Assembly: GCA_963828525.1 (NCBI GenBank)
Contig: CAWHEP010000005.1
Coordinates: forward strand, 96,001-160,000
From: an uncultured Verrucomicrobiae bacterium
GTDB lineage: Bacteria > Verrucomicrobiota > Verrucomicrobiia > Chthoniobacterales > Chthoniobacteraceae
Direction: 5' to 3'
DNA length: 64,000 nucleotides
The notes below the pieces were generated by a model that searched no databases, was not told the origin of the DNA, and was given only the letters and a program-made list of their open reading frames with translations. The position numbers were made by a program, and so were the translations under genes. Each line of letters begins with the position of its first letter. The stretch's first letter is position 1. Shown here piece after piece: positions 48,854 through 60,146 of the stretch.

Positions 48854-50518
48854 ATGACCATCCCAAAAGTTACGAATTTCTTTCTTGTCTCCACTGTAAT
48901 CGGGGCGGGCCTGATGCTCAGTTCCACATCGGCTCGCGCGGAGGTAAAGCTCCCTGCGATCTTCGGCGACCACATGGTCCTGCAGCAGGGAGCAACGATT
49001 CCAGTGTGGGGTCACGCGGATGTGGGCGAGAAAATCACCGTAACGCTCGGTCCGAGCCGGGGCAGTACGACGGCTGGGGCCGATGGCAAATGGCGCGTCG
49101 ATTTGCCAGCAGCGCCGTCGGGAAGACCGCCCGGCATTTTGATCGTGGCGGGAAAAAATACCGTGACTATAAACGATGTTCTTGTCGGCGATGTCTGGCT
49201 TTGCTCGGGCCAGTCCAACATGGCGTTTGGCCTCGGTGGCACGCTCAATTGGCCGGAAGCAAGCGCCCACTTCGCGGATGACCAGATTCGCCTTTTCCAT
49301 GTAGTTGGCGCGTTCGCTTTCGCTCCTCGCGACGACGTCCATGGTTTCTGGACCCTTTGCGCCCTAGATAAAGCGGGACATCCGCCAGCGGGGACGGCGG
49401 TTGGATACTTTTTCGCCAAAAATCTGCGCCCCGTTCTGAAATGTCCGATCGGACTGATCGATTCGTCCTACGGGGGAACGACCGCGGAAGCGTGGACGGA
49501 CCTTCCCACGCTCAAGGGCAATCCTGCTTTCCGGCATTACGCCGATACCTATGATCAAGTGGCGGCGAAATACCCGGGCGGCGACAGCGATTTTGCGCAG
49601 AAAGAGGCGGAGTACAAGGCGCAGGCGAAGCAAATGCTGAATGCGGCGCTGAAAGAGCCGGCCTATCAAGCGAAGATGAGCAAATGGAAGGAGGCAGTTG
49701 CGGCGGCTCAGGCGACGGGCAAGCGCCCGCCTGCCCAACCACCCGCTCCGCTGCCGCCCAGCCTGGGCGCGGACCGCAATCTGCCCTCAGGTCTCTTTAA
49801 TGCGATGATCGCGCCACTGATTCCGTTTTCGATCAAAGGCATTATTTGGTATCAGGGCGAATCGAGCGCGGGCACGGTCCAAAGCTCCACCCTATACGCC
49901 ACGCTTTTCCCAGCGATGATCACCGACTGGCGGACGCAGTGGAAGCAAGGCGAGATTCCTTTTCTCTTCGTCCAGCTCCCCAATTACAAATCGCCCGGAG
50001 CCGACTGGCCGGACCTTCGTGAATCGCAGCTCAAAACTTTGTCTCTGCCGAAAACCGGCATGGCCGTCACGATCGATGTCGGGGAGGGCGGCAATCTTCA
50101 CCCGCTCGATAAAGCCGATGTCGGCTACCGGCTTTCATTGGTCGCCCGCCACGTCGCTTACGGGGAAAAGCTGGTTTACATGGGGCCGCTCTACGATTCG
50201 ATGAAGGTGGAAGGAAGCGCGATTCGAGTTTCCTTTAAGCCCGATTCGATTGGCAGCGGGCTGGTAATCGGAAAGTCCCCGCGCATCGATCCAAAGGCCC
50301 CACCGATCTCAACAACCGACCTGATGGGTTTTGAAATCGCGGGGGAGGATAAGAATTGGCTCGCCGCGCAGGCGATAATCGATGGAAGCATGGTGGTGAT
50401 ATCCAGTCCGCTTTTAAAAAAACCAGTGGCCGTTCGCTATGCCTGGAAAGGCGACCCCATCTGCAACTTGTATAACAAAGAAGGTCTTCCTGCTTCACCG
50501 TTCCGGACGGACGATTGA
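48854..50518 (+). CDS. Secreted sialate O-acetylesterase (SASA) family carbohydrate esterase, copy 1
   Basis: LPAIFGDHMVLQ, GDVWLCSGQSNM, YGGTTAEAW, WYQGES, NLHP, AVRYAW, LPASPFRTD. Confidence 0.92.
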   Translation: MTIPKVTNFFLVSTVIGAGLMLSSTSARAEVKLPAIFGDHMVLQQGATIPVWGHADVGEKITVTLGPSRGSTTAGADGKWRVDLPAAPSGRPPGILIVAGKNTVTINDVLVGDVWLCSGQSNMAFGLGGTLNWPEASAHFADDQIRLFHVVGAFAFAPRDDVHGFWTLCALDKAGHPPAGTAVGYFFAKNLRPVLKCPIGLIDSSYGGTTAEAWTDLPTLKGNPAFRHYADTYDQVAAKYPGGDSDFAQKEAEYKAQAKQMLNAALKEPAYQAKMSKWKEAVAAAQATGKRPPAQPPAPLPPSLGADRNLPSGLFNAMIAPLIPFSIKGIIWYQGESSAGTVQSSTLYATLFPAMITDWRTQWKQGEIPFLFVQLPNYKSPGADWPDLRESQLKTLSLPKTGMAVTIDVGEGGNLHPLDKADVGYRLSLVARHVAYGEKLVYMGPLYDSMKVEGSAIRVSFKPDSIGSGLVIGKSPRIDPKAPPISTTDLMGFEIAGEDKNWLAAQAIIDGSMVVISSPLLKKPVAVRYAWKGDPICNLYNKEGLPASPFRTDD

Positions 50519-50563
50519 CCCGCAACGCTGCCGCCGAGGCGAGCTAAGGGATTGCAAGGCAAT

Positions 50564-53500
50564 TTATGGGTGCTTCAAGGAAGCTGCCTCTCCCGGCACC
50601 AACGCCGCGGCGCGCAGCACGACGGGGCCGAGGAGACCCGAAGACGATCGCGGCGCGCCGGCGTGGTACATGGGGTAGCTTGTCCAGGTGAGCCGCTGTG
50701 TTTCGGGTAACTTGGCGTCTGCGATCAGGCGATTCGTCCAGAGATTGGCGACTTTTACTTCAAGATGGTTTTTTCCAGCATGCAGCGCCGGGGTCACCTC
50801 GACGGCGAACGGTGGTTTCCACACATCGCCGAAGCTTTGTCCGTTGACGACGACAGAGGCGATGACATCCACCTTGACCAGGTCGAGCACCACCCGGCTT
50901 GGTATCGTTTGTGACAGATTGAACTCACGGGTGTAGGTGGCGGTGCCGGAGTAATCCCGAATGCCCGGATCGGGAGAGTCGGTCCAGGAAATGAGCTTGG
51001 GGAAGTCAACGCGCGCGGGACCTCCCCACTTGGGATCGAAGCTCACCTGCCACGCGTCATCGAGGGTTTGCCAAACCGGCAGTGCTTCCACCAAACCGGG
51101 CGCGGTTTTCGCCGGAGGCGCGCCCTCACGGAAGATAACGAAAAGCGACTGGTTCGATTCCAACTGTATTGGCACCGCCGTCACGGGTCCCTTACGAACG
51201 GCGCCCGGCAGCGTGGAAATGGATCCCGTCTCAGGGTCCCATGCCTGGGGTGTCCCGTGATCGGAGCGAAAGTTCCCGTTGAACGACGCTGGCGCATCGC
51301 CATGATTCGCGAGAAAGTAAATGTCGTCCTGGCCGCTCCTCCTATGGGCAAAAAGAATGTCCGGGTCCGCATCCACGGCCTCGAAATCTTTCGGGGTGGC
51401 GAGCAGCGCCAGCTCCTCGGCGGGCGACCGGCCCCAGATGATTGTACCTAGCCCCGTCTTGCGTTCTCCGGCGCCGTCCGGAGTACCCGGGACCCCACAG
51501 TTCATCGGCGATCCGCCGCACGTTCGCATCGCCGGCGGCGCCATCTTCAAGGCCCGGCGATCCAAGCGGTTTCCGGAGGCCCAGGACCGTTGCCCCCGCC
51601 TTCACCAAAGTTTCCAGTTGTCGCGCCGCCGCCAGCGTAATTCGATCACCTCCGGCGAGCACCAGCATCCGGTAGCTCATGCCGCTCGGCAGTAACACCC
51701 GTCCGTCCGCCACCGCGGTGCGCAGCAGGATTTCATCGCCGCAAACGTCGTAATCATATCCGGTTGGCGGCACGGGACGCATCCGCGATATCGCTATTTT
51801 CAAGGGCGAGTCGTTGCCGAGGTGGTAAAGCAGGTCGCTCACCGGCGCGCCTCGCCGCATCATCGCGCAGGAGCGGGCGAGCGTGTCCCAAAAGCCGCCA
51901 CTGTAGTCCCACCAGGTGTTATTGCGCTCAAAGAAGGCTCTAAAACGTGGCTGAACAACGCCCGGCTTCCGATCATTCGGCTGATGGACATACGAGAGCA
52001 CGACAAAGCGGTTGATTCCCAGGGAAAGCGCCGCATCGGCCAGGGGCTTCTCCGTTTCCGGGGTGGCTGGGAACGGGCTGCCGGTGAAGGACTCGGCCGC
52101 GGCTACGCGCAAGCCGTACACGTGGGCGGCGCTGGCCGCTTCCTTGCAATCCATTGTGCCGTTTTTCTGGCCGTACCAGAACTCGCCCATCGGGATGTCC
52201 GTGCGGCCCTTTGACTGGATATTATCGCCGGGGATGCCGGTCGCAATGCCCGGAGCCTGGGCCATGAACGTGATCCCGTCCGCGTGGCAGAGCTTGGTCA
52301 TCGTGCCGAAATACTCATCGCTCATCGCATCGGCAATCGTCCGGCGGACATCGTAGAGGAAGCGGTCGGACTGGTCTGGGCTGCCCACCACCCGGCCTGC
52401 CATGGTGGGCAGGTAACGGAGCAAGTCATATCCACGCCGCTGGCGGAATTGCGCCGGAAAATCGGCGGTCCAGTTTTGCCCTCCGCTTTCCGCGCTATCC
52501 ATGTTTACCCCGCTGAGCTTCGCGCCCGGCACCGTCCGGACTTCTTTCAAAATGCGGCCGACATAGTTTTTGTATTGAACCGTCGTCGCCTCGGCGCTGA
52601 GCTTGTCGCATTCAAGCCCCATGCCCTCCGGCCTGCCGTGCTTGGTCCCCGCGCCGGTCGGCGTGTGGCCGAAGCGCAGAATCGTCCACCGCCCCGCCGG
52701 AACGTCCCAGGTCAGACGCCCACCGGCGTCCACATGGCCGGTCAAGTCTAGGATTTTATCAGGGTCGATGACCTCGTCACCCTGGTAGGGCGGAGTGCGG
52801 TCGGGATCTGAAAAATCTTCCACGTTCGCCGTTTTTTCCTCCCACTGGTCGATCAACGCCTCGCTATTCAGCCGGACATTTCCCAGCGGGAGACTTTTCC
52901 CTTTTTCGGCTCCGTCCCACCCGTGGAGATTGAGTCGAAAAAACCGCGCGGTCACGTTGGGAAACGCGGTGGTTTGCAAAATCCAACCATCCTGCCGATA
53001 GCCCCGACCCGGCAGTGCGCAGACCCGCTGCCATTGCGCGCCGTCGTTGCTGAATTCCAGCTCGCCGATGGGGGGAATAGGAGGTTTGCCCGGCTCAGCG
53101 GGGTTGTCGCTCCAGTTTCCGGGTTGTTCCGTGACAATGACGGGCGCTTTGGAGACGGGACGAACCGAGTAGCTCAAACTGCGCGCCGTGAACGGATGGC
53201 CATAATCCATCTGGATCAGCACCGGTTGGTTTGCGGATGGCGGCGAGATCTCCACTTGTTCACGGCCCGATTGATCAAAGATGCGGTCGAGCGCAGGCAC
53301 GGCCGGCGTGCTCGTTAGCCCCGGCGGTGATGGGTGTGGTTCGTCGCCGGCGGGAGAAGGAAACGCGAGCACCGCCACGTCCTGGTAAAAACCGAGCTTG
53401 GTCGGAGGCTGCGGCAGCACGCCGGAAAACTTCTGTCCTCCTTCGATCTGCAACTCACTTGACACCAACCGCTGCATCCCGAGTGCGGGCGTGATCCACG

Positions 53501-53891
53501 GGCCGCCGGCGACATATCCGCTGCACGTGTTGACCTCCAGCGTCAGGTGCAGCCGCGCGCATTCGGCGGCGGCGAATCGCACCCGCGCCATGAATTCGGG
53601 CGACAGGCTTTTGAGGGCGTCCGGCGCATCCGAGAAAACCTGCTCGTAAAGGACCACGCCGCCAAATCCGACCCGTTTTAACGACTCTAAGTCCTGGGTG
53701 ATTCCGTGATCGGTGGTCACCGATTCACCCCAGTACCACCAGATCGCCGGCTTGGCTGCCGTTGAAGGCGTGAGGAAAGCCTGCTCAAGTGATTCCCCTT
53801 CCTCGGCGACGCCGTGAAACGTGCCGAGGAGAATGAAAGTTACCGCCAACAGAAGACAACGTGTCGGAATGAGTGACATCTGATGGGTCAA
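50564..53891 (-). CDS. Secreted GH106 alpha-L-rhamnosidase-like protein, copy 2 (frameshift near 51490)
   Basis: Collinear paralogue of 45295-48624 with the same motifs, split over ORFs 51342-53891 and 50564-51565. The start could be ATG 53879. Confidence 0.88.
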
Positions 53892-54024
53892 CGTGGGCTT
53901 ATCAATTTCGTCTTATCAATCTATCCGTTCCAGATGGTAAGTCTGACAGGCCGATTCGCGCCCGTCCATGGTCAGCGATTCGACGAGATTCTGCAGCCGC
54001 AGTGATCAGGCGAGGCAATACGCG

Positions 54025-55591
54025 TCAATGAGCACCGGCAGGCATGTGCCAGGGATCAGGATTCGAGCGGAAGGGGAGGGCGGGGAGGCCCGCTTTATTC
54101 GAAAGATTCGGCATGGCGCGTTCATCCCACGCAAAGCGAACGGTCGCGGGGGCGGGGACGTCGGGGCTGGTGACAACGACCTGGTCGCCTTGGATCGCTG
54201 CGACGGCGGGAACGAATTTGCCATCGGCGCCCGCGAGGGTGAACCAGGTAAGCGGCTTGCCGTCGCGGCTCACGAGTCCACCGTCCACGTAGTCAAAGCT
54301 GATGACGGCGGCATTGCCTTTGATCACCATCTTCTTGAACTTGGGCCCGGAGAAGACCACATCGGGACGGCCGTAATCCTTTGCCAAGGCCCAGGCGGCG
54401 AGGCGCTCGCCGACGCTCTTCTTATCGCGCGGATGGTGATTATGCACGTCGTCGGTAATGTCCGTCGTGACCACCATGCCGGTGTGCGGGATCTGAAGCG
54501 CATCGGTCTGCTGTTCCCAGAAAAGAGCTTCGCGGTCAGCGGAGTCGGCCTTCTTCGGTCCCGGGCGTCCGTTACCGAAGTAGGTAAAGGGTGCTATCTC
54601 GACATAGTAAAAAGGGAAGTCGTCGTGCCATTCCGAGCGCCAGCTTTCGATGAGCGCGAACATCTCGTCCGCGTAACGGCCTACGTCGGCGGCCGTACCG
54701 ACGTTCGATTCGCCCTGATACCAGAGAACGCCACGGATGGCATATGGGATCAGGGGAAAGATCATGCTGTTAAACATCATCGAGAGCTGAGGGGTGCCCT
54801 TCACCCATGGTTTGCCGGAGGCTTGGGCGAAGTCGCTCAGAGAAGGAGCGAGCGTAAAGCCCTCGCTCGGGAATCCACGGTTCAATGGGAGAACCGCCGA
54901 AGGAGGAATCGATCAGGCCAATCGGGACATTGAGTTCGTGGTGGAGTTTGCGGCCAAAGTAATAGGCTGCCTGCGAAAAGTGCTGCGCGATTAAGGCCTC
55001 GCCGCTGCATGGAGACCAGGCGACGTTGGCGTCGCGCAGGCGTGTCGGTTTGCGGTCGCGACGGACATCGAGAATTCGGATCTCCGGATAATTCGCGGCC
55101 GCGAGTTCAGGCAGGGACTCGGGAGGGATGGGTGAAGGACGAATATCCGTTGAGGTGGGCGCGACTCCGAACGGCTTTTCCATATTGGATTGCCCCGAGC
55201 AAAGCCAGACCTCGCCCACCAGGACGTTCTTGAACTTAAGCGCGTTGGCGCCGCTTACCGTCATCTCTAAAGGGGTGGCCGAAGCCTTGAGCGGGTCGAG
55301 AGTTACGGTCCATTGCCCGCCGCTGCCAGCCGTGCAACTTTTGCTTTGTCCGTCGAAGCCAACCACGATCTTTTCGCCGGGAGCGGCTGTACCCCACACG
55401 GGGACGGGCTTCTCTCGTTGCAAGACCATGTTATCGCCGAAGATATGCGGCAAGGTAACTGCGGCATAAACATTTCTGGAAGAGAGTAGGGCAAAACTAA
55501 TGAGCGCGATTCTGAGGATGTTTTTATGAATTTTCGGCGACGCGCCAAAAAGTGTTCTGAATCGGAATTTCCCGGCTGGATTGTTTTTCAT
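54025..55591 (-). CDS. Secreted SASA family carbohydrate esterase, copy 2 (frameshift near 54870)
   Basis: LPHIFGDNMVLQ, GEVWLCSGQSNME, FGGSPIEPW, WYQGESN, HHPRDK, VRFAW. Confidence 0.9.
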
Positions 55592-55603
55592 GGGCTGGTG
55601 GGG

Positions 55604-55731
55604 TTAAGGCAGATGAGTTTCTCGCACTGGGTTCATGGCGATCCCGGAGCCATTGGCTGAAGCGGGTAACGCCGCCGCCCCAGGCCGAGGCCGAGCAGCA
55701 ACAGCCGAACACGGACAATTACGGAATGCAT
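55604..55731 (-). pseudogene. Remnant consisting only of a signal peptide
   Basis: With one G restored in a G-run it reads MHSVIVRVRLLLLGLGLGAAALPASA-NGSGIAMNPVRETHLP*, starting 10 nt after the GH35 stop. Confidence 0.4.
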
Positions 55732-55741
55732 AGAAAACCCA

Positions 55742-58718
55742 TTAGGGGCGAGGAGCGGGCGACGGAGGGCTGAGGGCGAAGGCTTCGTAGCGCGTGAGCT
55801 TCAGTTGGTCGGGCTTGTTCCCATAGATGTCGAACACGACAAGGTCATTGGTGCCCTCCTTGATCCAGCATTCGGGCATATACATGGGATACATTCGCGG
55901 CGGGTTCTGCGGCGATTCGCCAATGTTGTGGCCGTTGAGCCAGACGTGGCCAGCCTTCAGCCCGGTAGTGTCGAGGCCGACGGTCTGCACGGCGTTGGGC
56001 GTCTTGTGCCAGCCGAACTGGCACTTCCAGAAGGTGGGTTGATTCGCCAGCGTGGAAGAGCCCGTCTGCCACGGGACCTGTGAAAGAAAATCGTCCCAGT
56101 TCGTGACGCGCCCGATGATGGCCGTCTCGTCGAGATCATCAAGACCGCCGTGGAACTGCCAGGTCCCATGCGCAAGCGGCGAGTTGTGCCACAGGCTCAA
56201 GCCGAGCTGGCCGGTGTCGCCGCCGAGCCGGCTTTGGATCCGGATGAGGACCGTGTTCTTGCCGGGGATGAGGAGCTTGGAGGCGTCCGCCGTGTGGTCC
56301 GGCAGCAACTGGCCATTGAGATAGACGGTGACGTCTGGAGGTGGCCCGCCTCGTTTCCCCTTCGGGGCTGGGGCCGGATCGAATTGGGGCGTTTCCAGCA
56401 TCGAATCGACTTGGGCCGGGGTGACGTTAAAGACGCCACGATACCATGAGTCGCCGCGCGGTAACTTGAGGGCGAGGGCCGCGGGGTCGACGGCGGACCA
56501 AGCCGACTCGTCAGTACTCAGGCTTGGCCAAGGCGGCCGGATCGGCGCCCTTGGGGGCCGTGTCCCATTTCTTCCAACTCACATCGACCCGCGTCGCAGC
56601 CGAATCCGCAGAGACGCCGCCCCAAATTCCGCGCGCCGTCCGCATGCCGATCAGTTCACGGTACACGTTCTTGGATCGGGGGGACGCCTTGACAAGAATG
56701 GCCAGGGTATTGTCGCCCGGCTGGGCGTTCGGGAATGTAAGCGAGCGGGACTTGCCGTAGTTCAGAGTGGTCGTTACGCCGGGTCGGCCGTTCAGGTACG
56801 GGACGAACGTCCCGGACTGCCCACCAAAGTGAAAGGATAAGGGGCCGGCTTTATCCGCATGCAGAGTGGCCCGATACCAACCGTAGCGGTTCTGGAAGCT
56901 GTCGTATGTTTCCATGGGCTGCGGGCCGCTTGAGGAAATCCACTTCGCAGTTTCAACTTTAGCGCCGCGTTCTGGGGCGGCATCGCGCCACGACCAGTTC
57001 GCCAGCACAGGAAGACCCGGGACGGTGGCCGCAGCCTGCGTCATCGCCGACTTTCCCGAAGCCGCGTAGATCGTGGCCTTGCCGCCCTCTGGCGGAAATT
57101 CCAGGCTGCCATCTTCCAAAACGAAGGAAGGCCCGAGGTAGATATTGCCGCGCGCCAGCCACGCGCGGTTCGTCATTTCCGTATTCATGACGAGCAGGGC
57201 GGCACGATGACCGTCACCCGAATCGACCTTGATTTCGGAGACGGCATCACCAGCGGGGTAGGTGAAATCAAACTGGCTGGGACCCGTCCCCGGCGTTTTA
57301 AGCTTGAGCGTGACCTCACCCGACTCTCCGGTCGGACCGTAGCAGATCCAGTAGTCGGTCTGGCCGATCGTCTGGCGCGCAAGGACGTTGGTGCAGACCG
57401 ACTCGAACGAGGCGTTCGGTGTCCAAGGCACGTTGAGCAGGATCGTGCGCGGCTCGGCCGTGCCGACGCTGAAACTGCCCTTGTGCGGCAACGTCAACCC
57501 ACCCGCAGTGACATGCGTCCCCAACGTGATGTTGGCATCGAGGGCGGGCGCCGCGCCGGCCGCCGGCATCGGCCCGCGCAGGAAATGATCTACCATGATA
57601 AAGCTGCCTTGCGTCGGATTAGTGCGCGCGGTGACGCGGAGTGCCGACTGGTCGCAGGCCGCGAGCCCAGGATCATTATGGCTGCCGGCAATTAAAGGCG
57701 TGAAGCTCTGCGCGAAACAGGCCGCGCGGCGGGCGAAAAAATAGAAGTTGTGCAACTGCCCGGCTTCACCGACCGGCGCGGAATAATCATAGGAGACGCC
57801 GGGCCGTGACCCATCGCCGGAGTAGCCGAGATTCGTGCCGCCATGTGCCATGTAGTAGTTGTAGCCAGCCCCTCCGAAAGCGATGATTTTCCAGGTGCCG
57901 CGGACCTTTTGGTCGAGCGGGCTCTTATCCATGTCGCCGTAATGGCCGGCATAGTAGGTCCAGAACTCGGTGCTGTACCATGGGGTCGGATTAACTCGGA
58001 ACGGCGCGTCGCCCGAAGGGTCGTGGCTGTGATGGAGACCTGAGTTGAAAGTCGGCACCTCAATCCGGTTTCGGTCGGCCTGGTCGTCCAGATATTTCAG
58101 GTAGGGATCGATGACCTGGGTGCCCCAGCCATTGGAGTGCTCGTTTTCAAGCTGAACCATGAACACGCTGCCGCCATGATGGAGCTGATGCTTGGCCACG
58201 ATCTTCTCGACCTTATCCAGATACGGGTCGGAGTAAGCCACTGACGGCCCCATTTCACGCCCGAACATCCCGGGCTTGACGGTCACCCACGCAGGATAAC
58301 CGCCCAATTCCCACTCCGCGCAGGCGTACGGCCCTACGCGCTCTAGGCCATACATGTTCATGTCCTGGAGGAGTGACAGCCACGCGTCGAGATCGTTGTT
58401 GTCGCTGAAATCCCATTGCCCTTCCCTGGGCTCGGCGGCGTTCCAAAAGATGTAGGACTGGACGGCGTTAAAACCCATCATCTTGAGACGCCAGATGCGG
58501 TCGCGCCACAGCTCGCGCGGGACGCGGGCGTAATGAATGGAGCCGGAGCTGATGAAGGCCGGTTTGCCGTTGATGACGAAGTACCCGTCCTTCCAATGGA
58601 TTGCGTCCTGGGCCGCTGCCTTCGGGGGAAAGATTTCCTCCGCGCTGCCCTGGGCCGTGGCCTGGGCTGCGCGCGTGAGAAGAAGGACTGCGGCGAGGAA
58701 AAGGGCGCGGTATATCAT
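55742..58718 (-). CDS. Secreted glycoside hydrolase family 35 beta-galactosidase (frameshift near 56513)
   Basis: SGSIHYARVP...WRDRI, YIFWN, RVGPYACAEWELGGYPAW, VQLENE, TEFW, YYMAHGGTN, SYDYSAP, and C-terminal GHVWLNGHNIG. Confidence 0.92.
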
Positions 58719-59153
58719 GGCGGGGGAAGTGGCACCGTTTTCGAGTAAAGCACACTGGCGCGTAAAAGTTGCAGGGATTCTGCGCGTAGGCCTGTTTGCG
58801 CCTGAGGGCTTCGGGTTAGTTCCGCGTGTCACGGGCTCAATGCACACGGCGGCTCCGCCGCCAGAAAGCTTCGTCGGCGAGGTGATGCGCTCCCAGCCAA
58901 GCGGCGGCAAGCACCTCAGAAGTCTTTCTTTCGTCGGACGAACCGAACGGCGTGTTCCTGTTGCGGTTGCCTTGGCGGACGTTCATTCCCGTCGACGCCG
59001 TTCGAAAAATTGAGATCCGCAGAATTCTCGTTGTAAGTTGTGCACAATAGGACTCGTGTTTTTTCCCATCTTCGCGCTTTCTGTACGGCCTTCAGGCGAG
59101 ACCGTAGAACTCAATTGTGCTTCGATTGTCAGATGCCATATTAACCCGGCAAA

Positions 59154-59225
59154 GTCCCCGTAGTTCAACGGATAGAACGGAGGTTTCCTAAACCTTAGAT
59201 GTGGGTTCGATTCCCGCCGGGGACA
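59154..59225 (+). tRNA. tRNA-Arg (CCT)
   Basis: GTCCCCGTAGTTCAACGGATAGAACGGAGGTTTCCTAAACCTTAGATGTGGGTTCGATTCCCGCCGGGGACA forms a cloverleaf with anticodon CCT. CCA is not encoded. Confidence 0.96.
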
Positions 59226-59265
59226 TTCTTTCGCCAATCCCCGGCGAATCCTTTTTACTCGATAA

Positions 59266-60146
59266 ATGTCTGCTTCTTCTTTAGACCGCGAGATTTCCAT
59301 CCGTGTTCCCGCAACCACCGCGAACCTTGGACCCGGATATGACTGTCTCGGTGTCGCTCTGGGAATATCAAACATTGTCACCGTTGGACCATCCACGGGG
59401 GAGGCACATTCTGCCATGGTCTCGGCTGCGGCTGCCGCTTTCTTCGAGGCGTCAAATGTTGATCCGGTCGTTTTCGGGTTGAAGGTCAAGGGCGACGTTC
59501 CGAGCGCGCGCGGCCTCGGCAGCAGCGTCACTGTCCGACTGGGTCTTCTGCATGGACTCAATGAGCTGCATGGGCGGCCGCTCTCGAAGCGGAAGCTGTT
59601 TGCTCTCTGCGCCGCGCTGGAGGGCCACCCTGACAATGCCGCTCCCGCCGCGTTCGGGGGGTTCACTATTGCTCGCGCCGGTGATCCCGAGTGCATCCGT
59701 TTCGATGTCCTTCCTTCGCTCCGGTTTATCTTGCTCATCCCAGACTTCGAGGTCTCGACGCCGAGCGCGCGCGGGCTCTCCCCGCGCAAGTTCCGCTCTC
59801 TGACGCTGCCAGGGGCGCGGGCAACGCTTGCCGGATTGCGGCCGCGTTCGCCACCCAGGATTACGATCTCCTGCGCGGGAGCTTCCGGGACTATCTCCAC
59901 CAGCCGTACAGGCTGCCGCTGGTGCCGTTCCTCGACGATGTTATTCGCGCCGGAGAGTCGGCTGGCGCGATTGGCGGTTTTCTAAGTGGTTCCGGTTCGA
60001 CTGTCGCTTGTGTGACGCTGGATTCGCCCGAAGCGGTTGCGCGAGCCATGCTGGACGCGTCGCGTTGCCCGGGAGCCAGGACGGTTGTTACCCATGCGGA
60101 TAACCGGGGCGCTAGAGTTACGGAACCCGGGGCTGGCGGCTCGTAG
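59266..60146 (+). CDS. thrB: Homoserine kinase (frameshift near 59775)
   Basis: VPATTANLGPGYDCLG, PSARGLGSS, EGHPDNAAPA, DYLHQPYR, LSGSGST. Confidence 0.95.

Noticed and set aside
56511..56513. TGA in GH35 as selenocysteine or readthrough
   Set aside because: The continuation is in a different frame. One extra base explains it.
58761..58770. CGTAAAAGTT shared between the candidate sRNA and the GH35 upstream region
   Set aside because: Both transcripts carry it in the same sense, so they cannot base-pair. A 10-mer match can arise by chance.
37400..59225. CAZyme block as a tRNA-integrated genomic island
   Set aside because: It lies on the 5' side of tRNA-Arg. No duplicated tRNA 3' end and no integrase or transposase were found.
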